A DNA stretch of 35,725 bases from Candidatus Parcubacteria bacterium (GCA_023444045.1 JAEZRQ010000005.1:1-35725), one strand, 5' to 3'; shown: positions 27,899-35,524, counted from the first letter of the stretch. A program made the numbers and translations. Notes: generated by a model not told the origin, from the letters alone.

Positions 27899-28596
27899 TT
27901 TCAATCATTATTCCTGTTTATAATCAAGCTGATAAATTAAGAAAAACCTTAGAGAGTATTAATAAACAAAGCCTTAAAGATTTAGAAGTAATTATTGTTA
28001 ATGATGGCTCAACTGATAATCCTGAAAAGGTTTTGACTGATTTTCTAACAACCACTAAAACGGAACTAAGTTTTTCTTTTTTTAATCAAGAAAATAAAGG
28101 TGCTCCGGCGGCTAGAAATAAAGGTTTTAAAGAGGCAAAAAGGGAATATCTCTTTTTTTGTGATGCTGATGCGGTTCTTGAAACTCAAGCTCTGGAAATT
28201 TTACTAAACACATTAATAAATAATCCCGGAGCTAGTTATGCCTATTCTTCCTTTAAATGGGGCCGTAAAAAATTTAAGGGGCAAAATTTTGATGCTGAGA
28301 AATTGCGTAGGCAACCATACATTCATACCATGTCTTTAATTAGAAGCAGTGATTTTCCAGAAAATGGTTGGGATGAGAGTATTAAAAAATTTCAAGACTG
28401 GGATTTATGGCTCACTATGTTAGAGAATAATAAAGTCGGTATTTTTGTTGATCAGTTTTTATTTACAATTACCCCCGGCGGGACAATCAGTTCTTGGTTG
28501 CCTGGTTTTGCTTACAAAATATTTCCATTTTTACCAGCAGTTAAAAAATATAAAGCGGCGATGGCGGTTATTTACCGCAAGCATCAACTCTCATGA
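27895..28596 (+). CDS. glycosyltransferase family 2
   Basis: N-terminal ISIIIPVYNQ ... VIIVNDGSTD and the FCDADA (DxD) motif. Confidence 0.85.
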   Translation: MISIIIPVYNQADKLRKTLESINKQSLKDLEVIIVNDGSTDNPEKVLTDFLTTTKTELSFSFFNQENKGAPAARNKGFKEAKREYLFFCDADAVLETQALEILLNTLINNPGASYAYSSFKWGRKKFKGQNFDAEKLRRQPYIHTMSLIRSSDFPENGWDESIKKFQDWDLWLTMLENNKVGIFVDQFLFTITPGGTISSWLPGFAYKIFPFLPAVKKYKAAMAVIYRKHQLS

Positions 28597-30023
28597 AATG
28601 GCTCAATAAAAATTTAGTTTTATTTTTAAGCTCTCTATTTTTATTTGAGGGTCTTTCTTTTTTAGCTTATTTTATTCCTGCCTTTAATTATTTAGGGGTG
28701 GCTCTAATTTTAATTATCATTTTATATCTCAGTTTTAAAGATTTGGAATGGGGTATTATAATTCTATTTACAGAGCTAATTATTGGCTCAAAAGGACATC
28801 TGTTTAATTTAGGTTTCTTATCACTAAGAATGCTTATTTTTAGTGCTTTGTTGTTAGTGTTACTGATAAAACTAGCTAATAAAAATTTTCGCCAGGAATT
28901 AATTGCTAAATTACTAGCTTTTAAAAAAACAATTTTATTTATTGTCCTAGCAATCTTAATTTTATTCTCTTTACTTCTAGGAATTATAAATAACAATTCT
29001 TATGTTCTCTCTGATTTTAATGCTTGGTTATTCTTCTTAATTATTTTTCCTTTAGTGGCTGTTTACGTAAAAAAACCGCTTAGCGACTACCGAAGGTTAT
29101 TCCAATTTATTTTAGCAGCACTCATTTTTCTCAGTTTTAAAACACTACTGATTCTTTATATCTTTACCCATAACCTAAGTATTTTACCAGATGTCTATCT
29201 ATGGCTCAGAAGGACGGGGATAGCAGAAATTACTAATACTGCCGGTTCTTGGCCGCGAATTTTTTTGCAATCACATATTTATCCGGTACTAGCATTATTA
29301 ATACTGCCGTGGTTATTAAAGATAAAACAAAAGAGCGCTTGGATTTTAATGTCATTATTTTGGGCAGTTTGTTTACTCTCTATGTCGCGTAGTTTCTGGC
29401 TAGCGGTTTTAATAATCACTATCTTAAGTCTAATTACTTCCTGGGCATTCTTAGGTTTTAAAGAAGCTTTTAAAAAAGGTGCTTTAATTTTGGGCAGCGC
29501 TTTAATCTCAATTATTCTAATTTTAATGGTGGTTTATTTTCCGATTCCTAAACCAGGTTCTTTTTCAGCTGACTCTTTTGCTAAAAGAATTAGTTTAGAC
29601 GGCTCCGAAGCCGCAGTGGCCTCTCGTTGGTCACTACTGCCTGTAATGTGGGAAGAAATAAAAACAGCACCGGTCTTTGGATATGGTTATGGCAAAACTA
29701 TAACTTATAAAACCAGCGACCCTAGAGTTTTAGAAAATAATCCTGATGGACTTTACACCACCTACGCTTTTGAATGGGGTTATCTGGCTATCTGGCTTAA
29801 ACTTGGGTTAGTTGGTCTGGGAACTTACTTATTTCTATTATTTATTAATATTTACCAAGGTTTCTTGTTAATTAAGGATAAGAAAATAACATTAGTGGCC
29901 TTTTCTTTCGGTTTACTGACTTTAATAATTATTAATTTCTTTACCCCTTATTTAGACCATCCTTTAGGCATCGCTTATCTAATTTTCACCTCAATAATAT
30001 TAGACTCAAAAAGAGAAACTTAG
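28593..30023 (+). CDS. O-antigen ligase/polymerase-like (Wzy_C domain) membrane protein
   Basis: Polytopic membrane protein whose central loop carries the LLSMSRSFWLA motif typical of the O-antigen ligase/Wzy family. The start overlaps the GT2 stop (ATGA). Confidence 0.75.
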   Translation: MKWLNKNLVLFLSSLFLFEGLSFLAYFIPAFNYLGVALILIIILYLSFKDLEWGIIILFTELIIGSKGHLFNLGFLSLRMLIFSALLLVLLIKLANKNFRQELIAKLLAFKKTILFIVLAILILFSLLLGIINNNSYVLSDFNAWLFFLIIFPLVAVYVKKPLSDYRRLFQFILAALIFLSFKTLLILYIFTHNLSILPDVYLWLRRTGIAEITNTAGSWPRIFLQSHIYPVLALLILPWLLKIKQKSAWILMSLFWAVCLLSMSRSFWLAVLIITILSLITSWAFLGFKEAFKKGALILGSALISIILILMVVYFPIPKPGSFSADSFAKRISLDGSEAAVASRWSLLPVMWEEIKTAPVFGYGYGKTITYKTSDPRVLENNPDGLYTTYAFEWGYLAIWLKLGLVGLGTYLFLLFINIYQGFLLIKDKKITLVAFSFGLLTLIIINFFTPYLDHPLGIAYLIFTSIILDSKRET

Positions 30024-30026
30024 GAC

Positions 30027-30055
30027 TTGCCAGAAAACATAAAATAAAGTATATT
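30027..30055 (+). promoter_or_regulatory. candidate sigma70-type promoter for the greA-lysS operon
   Basis: TTGCCA (30027-30032), a 17-nt spacer, then TATATT (30050-30055). Confidence 0.45.
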
Positions 30056-30098
30056 AGATTCCATAAATTCTTAACTATTTAATATATAAATTAAGCTT

Positions 30099-30557
30099 AT
30101 GCCAGAACAAATTATCACCCAAGAAGGTTATAATAAACTAAAAGAAGAGCATGACTATCTTTCAACTGTAAAGAGAAGGGAAATTGCTGACAGAATTGAA
30201 CGTGCCAAGGAATTAGGTGATTTATCGGAGAATGCGGAGTATAGCGAAGCTAAAGATGCTCAGGCTTTAAATGAGGGTCGCATTATGGAGATTTTAAACA
30301 TCTTAAAAAACGTTACCATTGTTAATAAAGCATCTGACTCCGATGAGGTATCTATGGGTTCAAAAGTGAGCGTGAAGCTTGACGGCAAAGAAAAAGAATA
30401 TACTATCGTCAGTTTTAATGAAGCTGATCCGTTAAATGGTTTAATTTCTAACGAATCTCCTCTGGGGATGGCCTTTTTAGGAAAGAAAAAAGGTGATACT
30501 GTTAAAGTAGAAACACCACGAGGAATGGTAAGTTACAAAATAAACAAGGTGTTCTAA
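30099..30557 (+). CDS. greA: transcription elongation factor GreA
   Basis: N-terminal coiled-coil with GDLSENAEYSEAKDAQ, a C-terminal FKBP-like domain, 152 aa. Confidence 0.9.
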   Translation: MPEQIITQEGYNKLKEEHDYLSTVKRREIADRIERAKELGDLSENAEYSEAKDAQALNEGRIMEILNILKNVTIVNKASDSDEVSMGSKVSVKLDGKEKEYTIVSFNEADPLNGLISNESPLGMAFLGKKKGDTVKVETPRGMVSYKINKVF

Positions 30558-30567
30558 ATTCAAATAT

Positions 30568-32046
30568 ATGGAAAACAATCAAAATCTTAACGCCGGCTCT
30601 GAAAGAGAAGACCGTTTGCGAAAATTAGCCGAACTAGAAAAATTAGGCATCGCTGCTTATCCAGCGAAAGTAAAACGTGATTATTCTGTCGCTGCTTTGT
30701 TAAATGATTTTGATAGTTTACTTGAAAGTAAAAAAGAGTTTTTTGTTGCCGGTAGATTACGAGCTAAAAGAGAGCATGGTAATCTTTCCTTTGCCAATTT
30801 AGAAGATGCCTCAGGAAATATTCAGTTAGCATTTTCTAAAAAAGACTTGGGCGTGGAGCCATATAAGAATTTTGTTAAACTAATTGATATCGCTGATTTT
30901 ATAGAAGTTAAAGCTTATGCTTTTTTAACCCACAAGGGAGAAAAGAGTCTTTTTGTAACCGAATGGAAATTACTAACTAAAGCGATAAGGCCAATTCCTG
31001 ATGCTTGGTATGGGTTAAAAGATGATGAAGACCGTTTTAGAAAGCGCTACCTTGACCTTTTACTTAACCCAGAAATGCGAGAACTGTTTTATAAAAAATC
31101 ACTATTTTGGGAAGTAACTCGTGATTTTATGAAACGTCATGGTTTTTTTGAAGTAGAAACCCCGACTCTTGAAGTTACTACCGGCGGTGCGGAAGCCAAT
31201 CCTTTTAAAACTCACCACGAAGACTTTGATATTGACGTCTACATGAGAATCTCTATTGGCGAACTCTGGCAAAAAAGACTAATGGCTGCCGGCTATGAAA
31301 AAGTTTTTGAAATTGGCCGTGCCTACCGCAATGAGGGCTCTAGTCCAGACCATCTGCAAGAATTTACCAACATGGAATTTTATTGGGCCTATGCTGATTA
31401 CGAAATGGGGATGAAATTAAGCCAAGAATTATATCAAGAGATTGCTACCAAAGTCTTTGGTCGCACTAAATTTACTGCCAAGGGTATGGAATATGACCTA
31501 GCCGGAGAGTGGCCTAAAATTGACTATAGAGAGGCTGTCTTAGAAAGAACCGGGATTGATGTCCTAAAAGCCTCTGAGGAGGAAATGAGGGCTAAATTAG
31601 AAGAGTTAAATGTAAAGTATGAGGGCGCTAACCGGGAAAGATTAACTGATAGTCTATGGAAGTATTGCCGTAAGAGCATTGCCGGACCAGTATTTTTAGT
31701 TAATCACCCAAAACTAGTTTCACCACTATCAAAAGCTAAGACTGATAACCCAGAACTAACTGAAAGATTCCAAATAATTATTGCTGGTTCCGAGGTTGGT
31801 AATGGTTTTTCAGAATTAAATGACCCAATTGATCAACAGAAAAGATTCGCAGAACAGGAAAAATTAATTGATCGCGGTGATAAAGAGGCAATGATGCCTG
31901 ATTGGGAATTTGTGGAGATGTTAGAACACGGCATGCCACCAACTTGTGGCTTTGGTTTTGGTGAGAGATTATTTGCCTTTATGTGCGACAAACCAATTAG
32001 AGAAACAACACTTTTCCCATTAATGAAACCAAAAAGGGAAGAATAA
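30568..32046 (+). CDS. lysS: lysine--tRNA ligase, class II
   Basis: OB anticodon-binding N-domain and class II motifs (FFEVETPTL, YRNEG, GFGFGERL). Confidence 0.92.
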   Translation: MENNQNLNAGSEREDRLRKLAELEKLGIAAYPAKVKRDYSVAALLNDFDSLLESKKEFFVAGRLRAKREHGNLSFANLEDASGNIQLAFSKKDLGVEPYKNFVKLIDIADFIEVKAYAFLTHKGEKSLFVTEWKLLTKAIRPIPDAWYGLKDDEDRFRKRYLDLLLNPEMRELFYKKSLFWEVTRDFMKRHGFFEVETPTLEVTTGGAEANPFKTHHEDFDIDVYMRISIGELWQKRLMAAGYEKVFEIGRAYRNEGSSPDHLQEFTNMEFYWAYADYEMGMKLSQELYQEIATKVFGRTKFTAKGMEYDLAGEWPKIDYREAVLERTGIDVLKASEEEMRAKLEELNVKYEGANRERLTDSLWKYCRKSIAGPVFLVNHPKLVSPLSKAKTDNPELTERFQIIIAGSEVGNGFSELNDPIDQQKRFAEQEKLIDRGDKEAMMPDWEFVEMLEHGMPPTCGFGFGERLFAFMCDKPIRETTLFPLMKPKREE

Positions 32047-32050
32047 CTAT

Positions 32051-32494
32051 ATGCGACTCTGGAGTCTTAGCCCTAAATATCTAGATAGTAAAGGGTTGGT
32101 GGCTTTGTGGCGCGAAGGATTATTAGCAAAAAATGTTTTAGAAGGAAAAACCAAGGGTTATAAAAATCATCCTCAACTGGAAAGATTTAAAAATAGTGAT
32201 AGCCCAATTAAACAAATTAATTTTTACCTCTACGAAGTCTATCTAGAAGCAAAAAATAGGGGGTATAATTTTTCAGCTAATAAGATAAAGGTGGTTGATG
32301 GTGTTAGTGAAAAGATCAGCATCTCTAAAGGACAAATAGACTATGAATTTAAACACTTAATGGCTAAATTAAAGGCGAGGGATAATAATAAATATCAAGA
32401 ATTAGAAAGTCTGGAGGTAGTAGAAACACACAACATATTTAAAGAAGTGGCTGGACCAGTTGAAAAGTGGGAAAAAATAAGTAATAATGATTAA
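32051..32494 (+). CDS. pyrimidine dimer DNA glycosylase (T4 endonuclease V / DenV-like family)
   Basis: The N-terminus MRLWSLSPKYLDSKGLVALWREGLLAKNVL ... YKNHPQLERF matches the characteristic start of the Pyr_excise family. 147 aa. Confidence 0.75.
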   Translation: MRLWSLSPKYLDSKGLVALWREGLLAKNVLEGKTKGYKNHPQLERFKNSDSPIKQINFYLYEVYLEAKNRGYNFSANKIKVVDGVSEKISISKGQIDYEFKHLMAKLKARDNNKYQELESLEVVETHNIFKEVAGPVEKWEKISNND

Positions 32495-32502
32495 GAAAAT
32501 AT

Positions 32503-32573
32503 TCGGGGATCGTCTAATGGTAGGACTACAGGTTCTGGTCCTGTCTATCTGGGTTCGAATCCTAGTCCCCGAG
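32503..32573 (+). tRNA. tRNA-Gln (anticodon CTG); no encoded CCA
   Basis: Acceptor TCGGGGA/TCCCCGA (the U1-A72 pair is typical of bacterial tRNA-Gln). D stem GTC/GAC. Anticodon stem ACAGG/CCTGT with loop TTCTGGT. T arm CTGGG-TTCGAAT-CCTAG. Discriminator G. Confidence 0.9.
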
Positions 32574-32574
32574 C
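32556..32574 (+). repeat. direct repeat copy 1 (cgaatcctagtccccgagc) = 3' end of tRNA-Gln
   Basis: A 19-nt exact match to 32762-32780. Confidence 0.95.
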
Positions 32575-32586
32575 GAATGAAAAAAA

Positions 32587-32608
32587 TCCAGCGTAAGCTG
32601 GGTTTTTT
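32587..32608 (+). terminator. rho-independent terminator directly after tRNA-Gln
   Basis: Stem tccagc / gctggg with a GTAA tetraloop, then six T (32603-32608). An A-run lies upstream. Confidence 0.7.
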
Positions 32609-32614
32609 GAATGA

Positions 32615-32761
32615 GCGAAGGGGAAGCGAAGTGCCTGCGCACTTCGCGGCTAGGATGAGAAAGCCGGAGCGATGTGTGAGCATAGCGAACACCGCGAGGC
32701 CGGGTCGGGGCGCTTAGCGAGCGACGAACGAAGTGAGGAAGCGAGGCTTAGCGACCGTGAC
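32615..32761. other. G+C- and purine-rich insert of unknown nature between the two tRNA-Gln 3'-end copies
   Basis: Composition clearly differs from the AT-rich surroundings. AGCGA/GCGAA pentamers recur about eight times and gcttagcga is repeated directly. There is one perfect 9-bp hairpin, gcgaagtgc-ctgc-gcacttcgc (32626-32647). All three plus-strand frames contain stops. Confidence 0.8.
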
Positions 32762-32780
32762 CGAATCCTAGTCCCCGAGC
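32762..32780 (+). repeat. direct repeat copy 2 (cgaatcctagtccccgagc), an orphan tRNA-Gln 3' end
   Basis: A 19-nt exact match to 32556-32574. The upstream sequence (cgtgac) cannot form the T stem, so this is a fragment and not a tRNA gene. Confidence 0.95.
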
Positions 32781-32791
32781 AACGCTCAAAA

Positions 32792-32816
32792 ACATCTGTA
32801 TTTACAGGTGTTTTTT
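32792..32816 (+). terminator. rho-independent terminator after the orphan tRNA-Gln 3' fragment
   Basis: Stem acatctgt / acaggtgt (one G-U) with loop attt, then a T-run at 32811-32816. Confidence 0.6.
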
Positions 32817-32824
32817 GTATATTT

Positions 32825-32838
32825 TAGTTCGAATCCGA
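32825..32838 (+). repeat. tRNA T-loop-like relic (tagttcgaatccga), copy 1
   Basis: A 14-nt exact match to 34607-34620. It contains the GTTCGAATCC T-loop consensus but has no tRNA body around it. Confidence 0.6.
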
Positions 32839-32927
32839 ATTCTGTAAAAAATATATTTACATTAACTATTAAATACAACAAAATTATGATATAATAGCTA
32901 ATATATGAATAAAAATTCTTATTTATT

Positions 32928-33152
32928 ATGAAAAAAATTTATTTAGTTTCCGCTATTACTATTATCCTCGGATTGTTATTTGCCGTTAAGCCCGATTGGT
33001 TTATCTTTTTGTGGGGTTGGCAGGTTTTATTATTACCACTGACCACCGGAATTATAATGGTCTTAGTGCAAAATGAAGATCGAAGCTACAGATTTGTCCC
33101 TAAATTAATCATCGGTTCGGTTTTAACATTTTTTATCTATCCCTTTTTATGA
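32928..33152 (+). CDS. small hydrophobic membrane protein (possibly interrupted; see findings)
   Basis: 74-aa ORF with 2-3 TM segments, preceded by an extended -10 (tgaTATAAT, 32887-32895). It ends at a TGA. The same frame then stays open for 52 more codons that encode another TM segment, to a TAA at 33309-33311. Confidence 0.5.
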   Translation: MKKIYLVSAITIILGLLFAVKPDWFIFLWGWQVLLLPLTTGIIMVLVQNEDRSYRFVPKLIIGSVLTFFIYPFL

Positions 33153-33291
33153 CAGTTAATTGAATATGATTATGATGGTTATTTTTCTTTTTCGGTAGTC
33201 TTGGATATGTCTTTATTTTTATCAATTGTTTGTATTTTTGGTGGCTTGATTGGTATTGTTATTAGGGGGATTACTTTATTAATAAAAAAAT

Positions 33292-34497
33292 ATGTTAAAA
33301 ACAAAAAGAAATAAAATACTTGGTTTTTTTGGGGTGTTGATAGCTATTTTTATCTTAGTCGTCTTATTTTATAGCCCGATAATTTTTCAAGAAGGGAATC
33401 CCACGCCTTTGGCGAAAGGGATAATTCGACTAAATTTTACTCAAGACAAAATTATTAAATTGGACATGAACGGGGGCAGATATTTGACTAAGAGCAATAA
33501 TGGTCAAGAAGTTATTAAATTATATATGAATGATAATGGGTATAATTTTATTGAACAAATGGGGTCTGGTTATTTTTTTCAATCCATAACAGGGGAAAGC
33601 GCTGTTGCGACTCGTAAGCATTACAGTAGGTTTTATTCGCTTTGGAATATAATAGAAAATATAAATAATACAGAAAGTAATAATGATTTGTGGACGACAA
33701 TAACGACTGGTGATGGCATAACGTTTCAATATCCGAAAGAAATATTGGCAGAGCATATTAGCGAAGCGAAGTGGCCGCCAAAATTAATAATTGAAGACAG
33801 GTCTTTTATTTGTAATCCGTTTGGTAATGAAATTCAACAGGGTGGGCAAACTGAACAACGTTTGATTGATAACCGAGTATATTGCATAACTAAAGAAAGC
33901 GAAGGGGCGGCTGGTAGTATATATACTGCTTATACTTACGAATTTCCGAAAGATCATCAAACTGGAGTTATCACTTTTACCCTACGCTTTGTTCAGTGTC
34001 AAAATTATGATGATCCAAAAGCGTCAGAGTGCGAAAGTGAACGATCCACTTTTGATATAGACGGCACTGTAGATAGAATTGTTCAAAGTATTAAAATTAA
34101 ATCTGAACAATTATCTATCGCTGAAGAATTAAAAGACTGTTTACCAAAAAGTGATACAGCTAGCCATGAAAAATGTAATGAGCTGTTAGCAACAATAAGA
34201 AACTTTAATGATTGTGTTAAGGCCGGCTTTAGTATTATGAAATCAAATCCGCCCCAATGTGCTTCACCAGATGATAGAACCTTTACTGACGAAACCAATA
34301 GCACTTGGGATGTAGTTTTAGCAGCTCTTAATAATTGTGAAGTTGAGAGCGTTTTCCAAACTCATAGTAAGCTGGTTACTCTCAATCTTAAAAATGGCAA
34401 TGAGCTGACAGCCTATGAACCTCAAATTGATGATGTGATGGAGGTGGTTGATGGATTAAAGGGCAGGTGTAGTGATGTTAGAATGGCTACCGAATAG
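33292..34497 (+). CDS. hypothetical membrane-anchored protein, paralog A (with an extra Cys-containing C-terminal region)
   Basis: 401 aa with an N-terminal TM anchor. Clear similarity to the 34697-35506 product across ~260 aa: IFQEGxPxPL, YLTKSxNG, EQMG, YSRFYSxW, YCI...SEGAAGSxYTxYxY, and a conserved Cys pattern. Confidence 0.75.
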   Translation: MLKTKRNKILGFFGVLIAIFILVVLFYSPIIFQEGNPTPLAKGIIRLNFTQDKIIKLDMNGGRYLTKSNNGQEVIKLYMNDNGYNFIEQMGSGYFFQSITGESAVATRKHYSRFYSLWNIIENINNTESNNDLWTTITTGDGITFQYPKEILAEHISEAKWPPKLIIEDRSFICNPFGNEIQQGGQTEQRLIDNRVYCITKESEGAAGSIYTAYTYEFPKDHQTGVITFTLRFVQCQNYDDPKASECESERSTFDIDGTVDRIVQSIKIKSEQLSIAEELKDCLPKSDTASHEKCNELLATIRNFNDCVKAGFSIMKSNPPQCASPDDRTFTDETNSTWDVVLAALNNCEVESVFQTHSKLVTLNLKNGNELTAYEPQIDDVMEVVDGLKGRCSDVRMATE

Positions 34498-34606
34498 AGA
34501 AATAGTACTAGTAATCGGATTCGAAACTTTTTAATTAGATGTCTTTAGAAATAATTTAGCTAATATTAGATGCTGAAAAGGGAAATCGTGTTTTAAGACC
34601 GACCCC

Positions 34607-34631
34607 TAGTTCGAATCCGACCCTGGGAGCA
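34607..34631 (+). repeat. tRNA 3'-half-like relic (T loop + T-stem 3' strand + acceptor 3' strand + discriminator)
   Basis: tagTTCGAATCCGACCCTGGGAGCA has the exact 7+5+7+1 geometry of a tRNA 3' end, but no complementary 5' acceptor or T-stem strand lies upstream. Its first 14 nt equal 32825-32838. An inverted copy, tcggattcgaa, lies at 34515-34525. Confidence 0.55.
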
Positions 34632-34696
34632 AATAGACAGAGTGCCACTTTTTGTGGTATTTTTGTTTTATAGTATTAATATAACATCTAAAAAAT

Positions 34697-35506
34697 ATGT
34701 CTAGCGTCAGAAAAAAAATAAAAATTGCTATTATAATTATACTAGTAATTTTTGCTGCTGTTTTCTTTCTTTATCGTTCAGTCATTTTTCAAGAAGGTAG
34801 CCCGTGGCCTTTAATAAAAGCCATTACTCAACTAAATACTGGCTCAGATGGTTTTGTTATGTTAGACGGTGAATCAGAAAAATACTTAACAAAAAGTAAA
34901 AATGGCATAGATACTATTAAGCAAATAGTCGCTGATGATTATAGCTTAGTTGAGCAAATGGGCGCCGCTTATATTTTTGAAAATAACACAGAAAGACTAA
35001 TTATTACTCAGAAACAATATTCCCGTTTTTATTCAATTTGGACTATTATCAAAGAACAAAAGAAAAAAGAAGTAGACAATTTTAATCAAGATAAGTATAA
35101 GCAACCAGAGACCTTAAAAGCTAATTATATTTCATTTCAAGATTATAGTTTTAGTATTTTTGAAGTTGATGAATATAAGGGAACGGAGTTTAGTGTAGAA
35201 AATGGAGAAATTAACTGTAACGCAACTGATCAGACTTCAAGCTTACCTCTGAGAATAAGTAAAACAAATATTAATGGTCAAAAATATTGTATCGGTGCTT
35301 TTAGCGAAGGAGCAGCTGGTTCAGTTTATACAGAGTATGCCTATGCTACAGTTATAGAAGATAACCTCTATTTAGTTCTTTTTACGGCTCGTTATCCAAA
35401 TTGCAGTAATTATCCGGATAAAGAAAGAATAGAATGTGAGGCTGAAAGGGAAAGCTTTAACCTAGATTCCAGGATAGACGATGAAATTAGAAAAAGTCTT
35501 CACTAA
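34697..35506 (+). CDS. hypothetical membrane-anchored protein, paralog B
   Basis: 269 aa with an N-terminal TM anchor. Paralogous to the 33292-34497 product (the same conserved blocks and Cys positions). Confidence 0.75.
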   Translation: MSSVRKKIKIAIIIILVIFAAVFFLYRSVIFQEGSPWPLIKAITQLNTGSDGFVMLDGESEKYLTKSKNGIDTIKQIVADDYSLVEQMGAAYIFENNTERLIITQKQYSRFYSIWTIIKEQKKKEVDNFNQDKYKQPETLKANYISFQDYSFSIFEVDEYKGTEFSVENGEINCNATDQTSSLPLRISKTNINGQKYCIGAFSEGAAGSVYTEYAYATVIEDNLYLVLFTARYPNCSNYPDKERIECEAERESFNLDSRIDDEIRKSLH

Positions 35507-35524
35507 TTTAGTTATTTTAAGCTC

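Noticed and set aside
32402-32717. ORFs 32402-32692 (-) and 32487-32717 (+) from the six-frame track
   Set aside because: Both run straight through the tRNA-Gln gene, its terminator and the GC-rich insert. They exist only because the GC-rich stretch lacks A/T-rich stop codons, and they have no coding-like features.
32615-32780. The GC-rich insert plus the orphan 3' end as a second tRNA, tmRNA or SRP RNA
   Set aside because: A 6-bp acceptor-like pairing (tcgggg at 32704-32709 with ccccga) is possible, but no D, anticodon or T arms can be drawn. The T-stem 5' strand is missing, and the region is purine-rich with almost no self-complementarity. At ~170 nt it is too short for tmRNA and has no tag ORF. 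The SRP domain IV signature (GGAA tetraloop followed by GGAAGCAGC) is absent.
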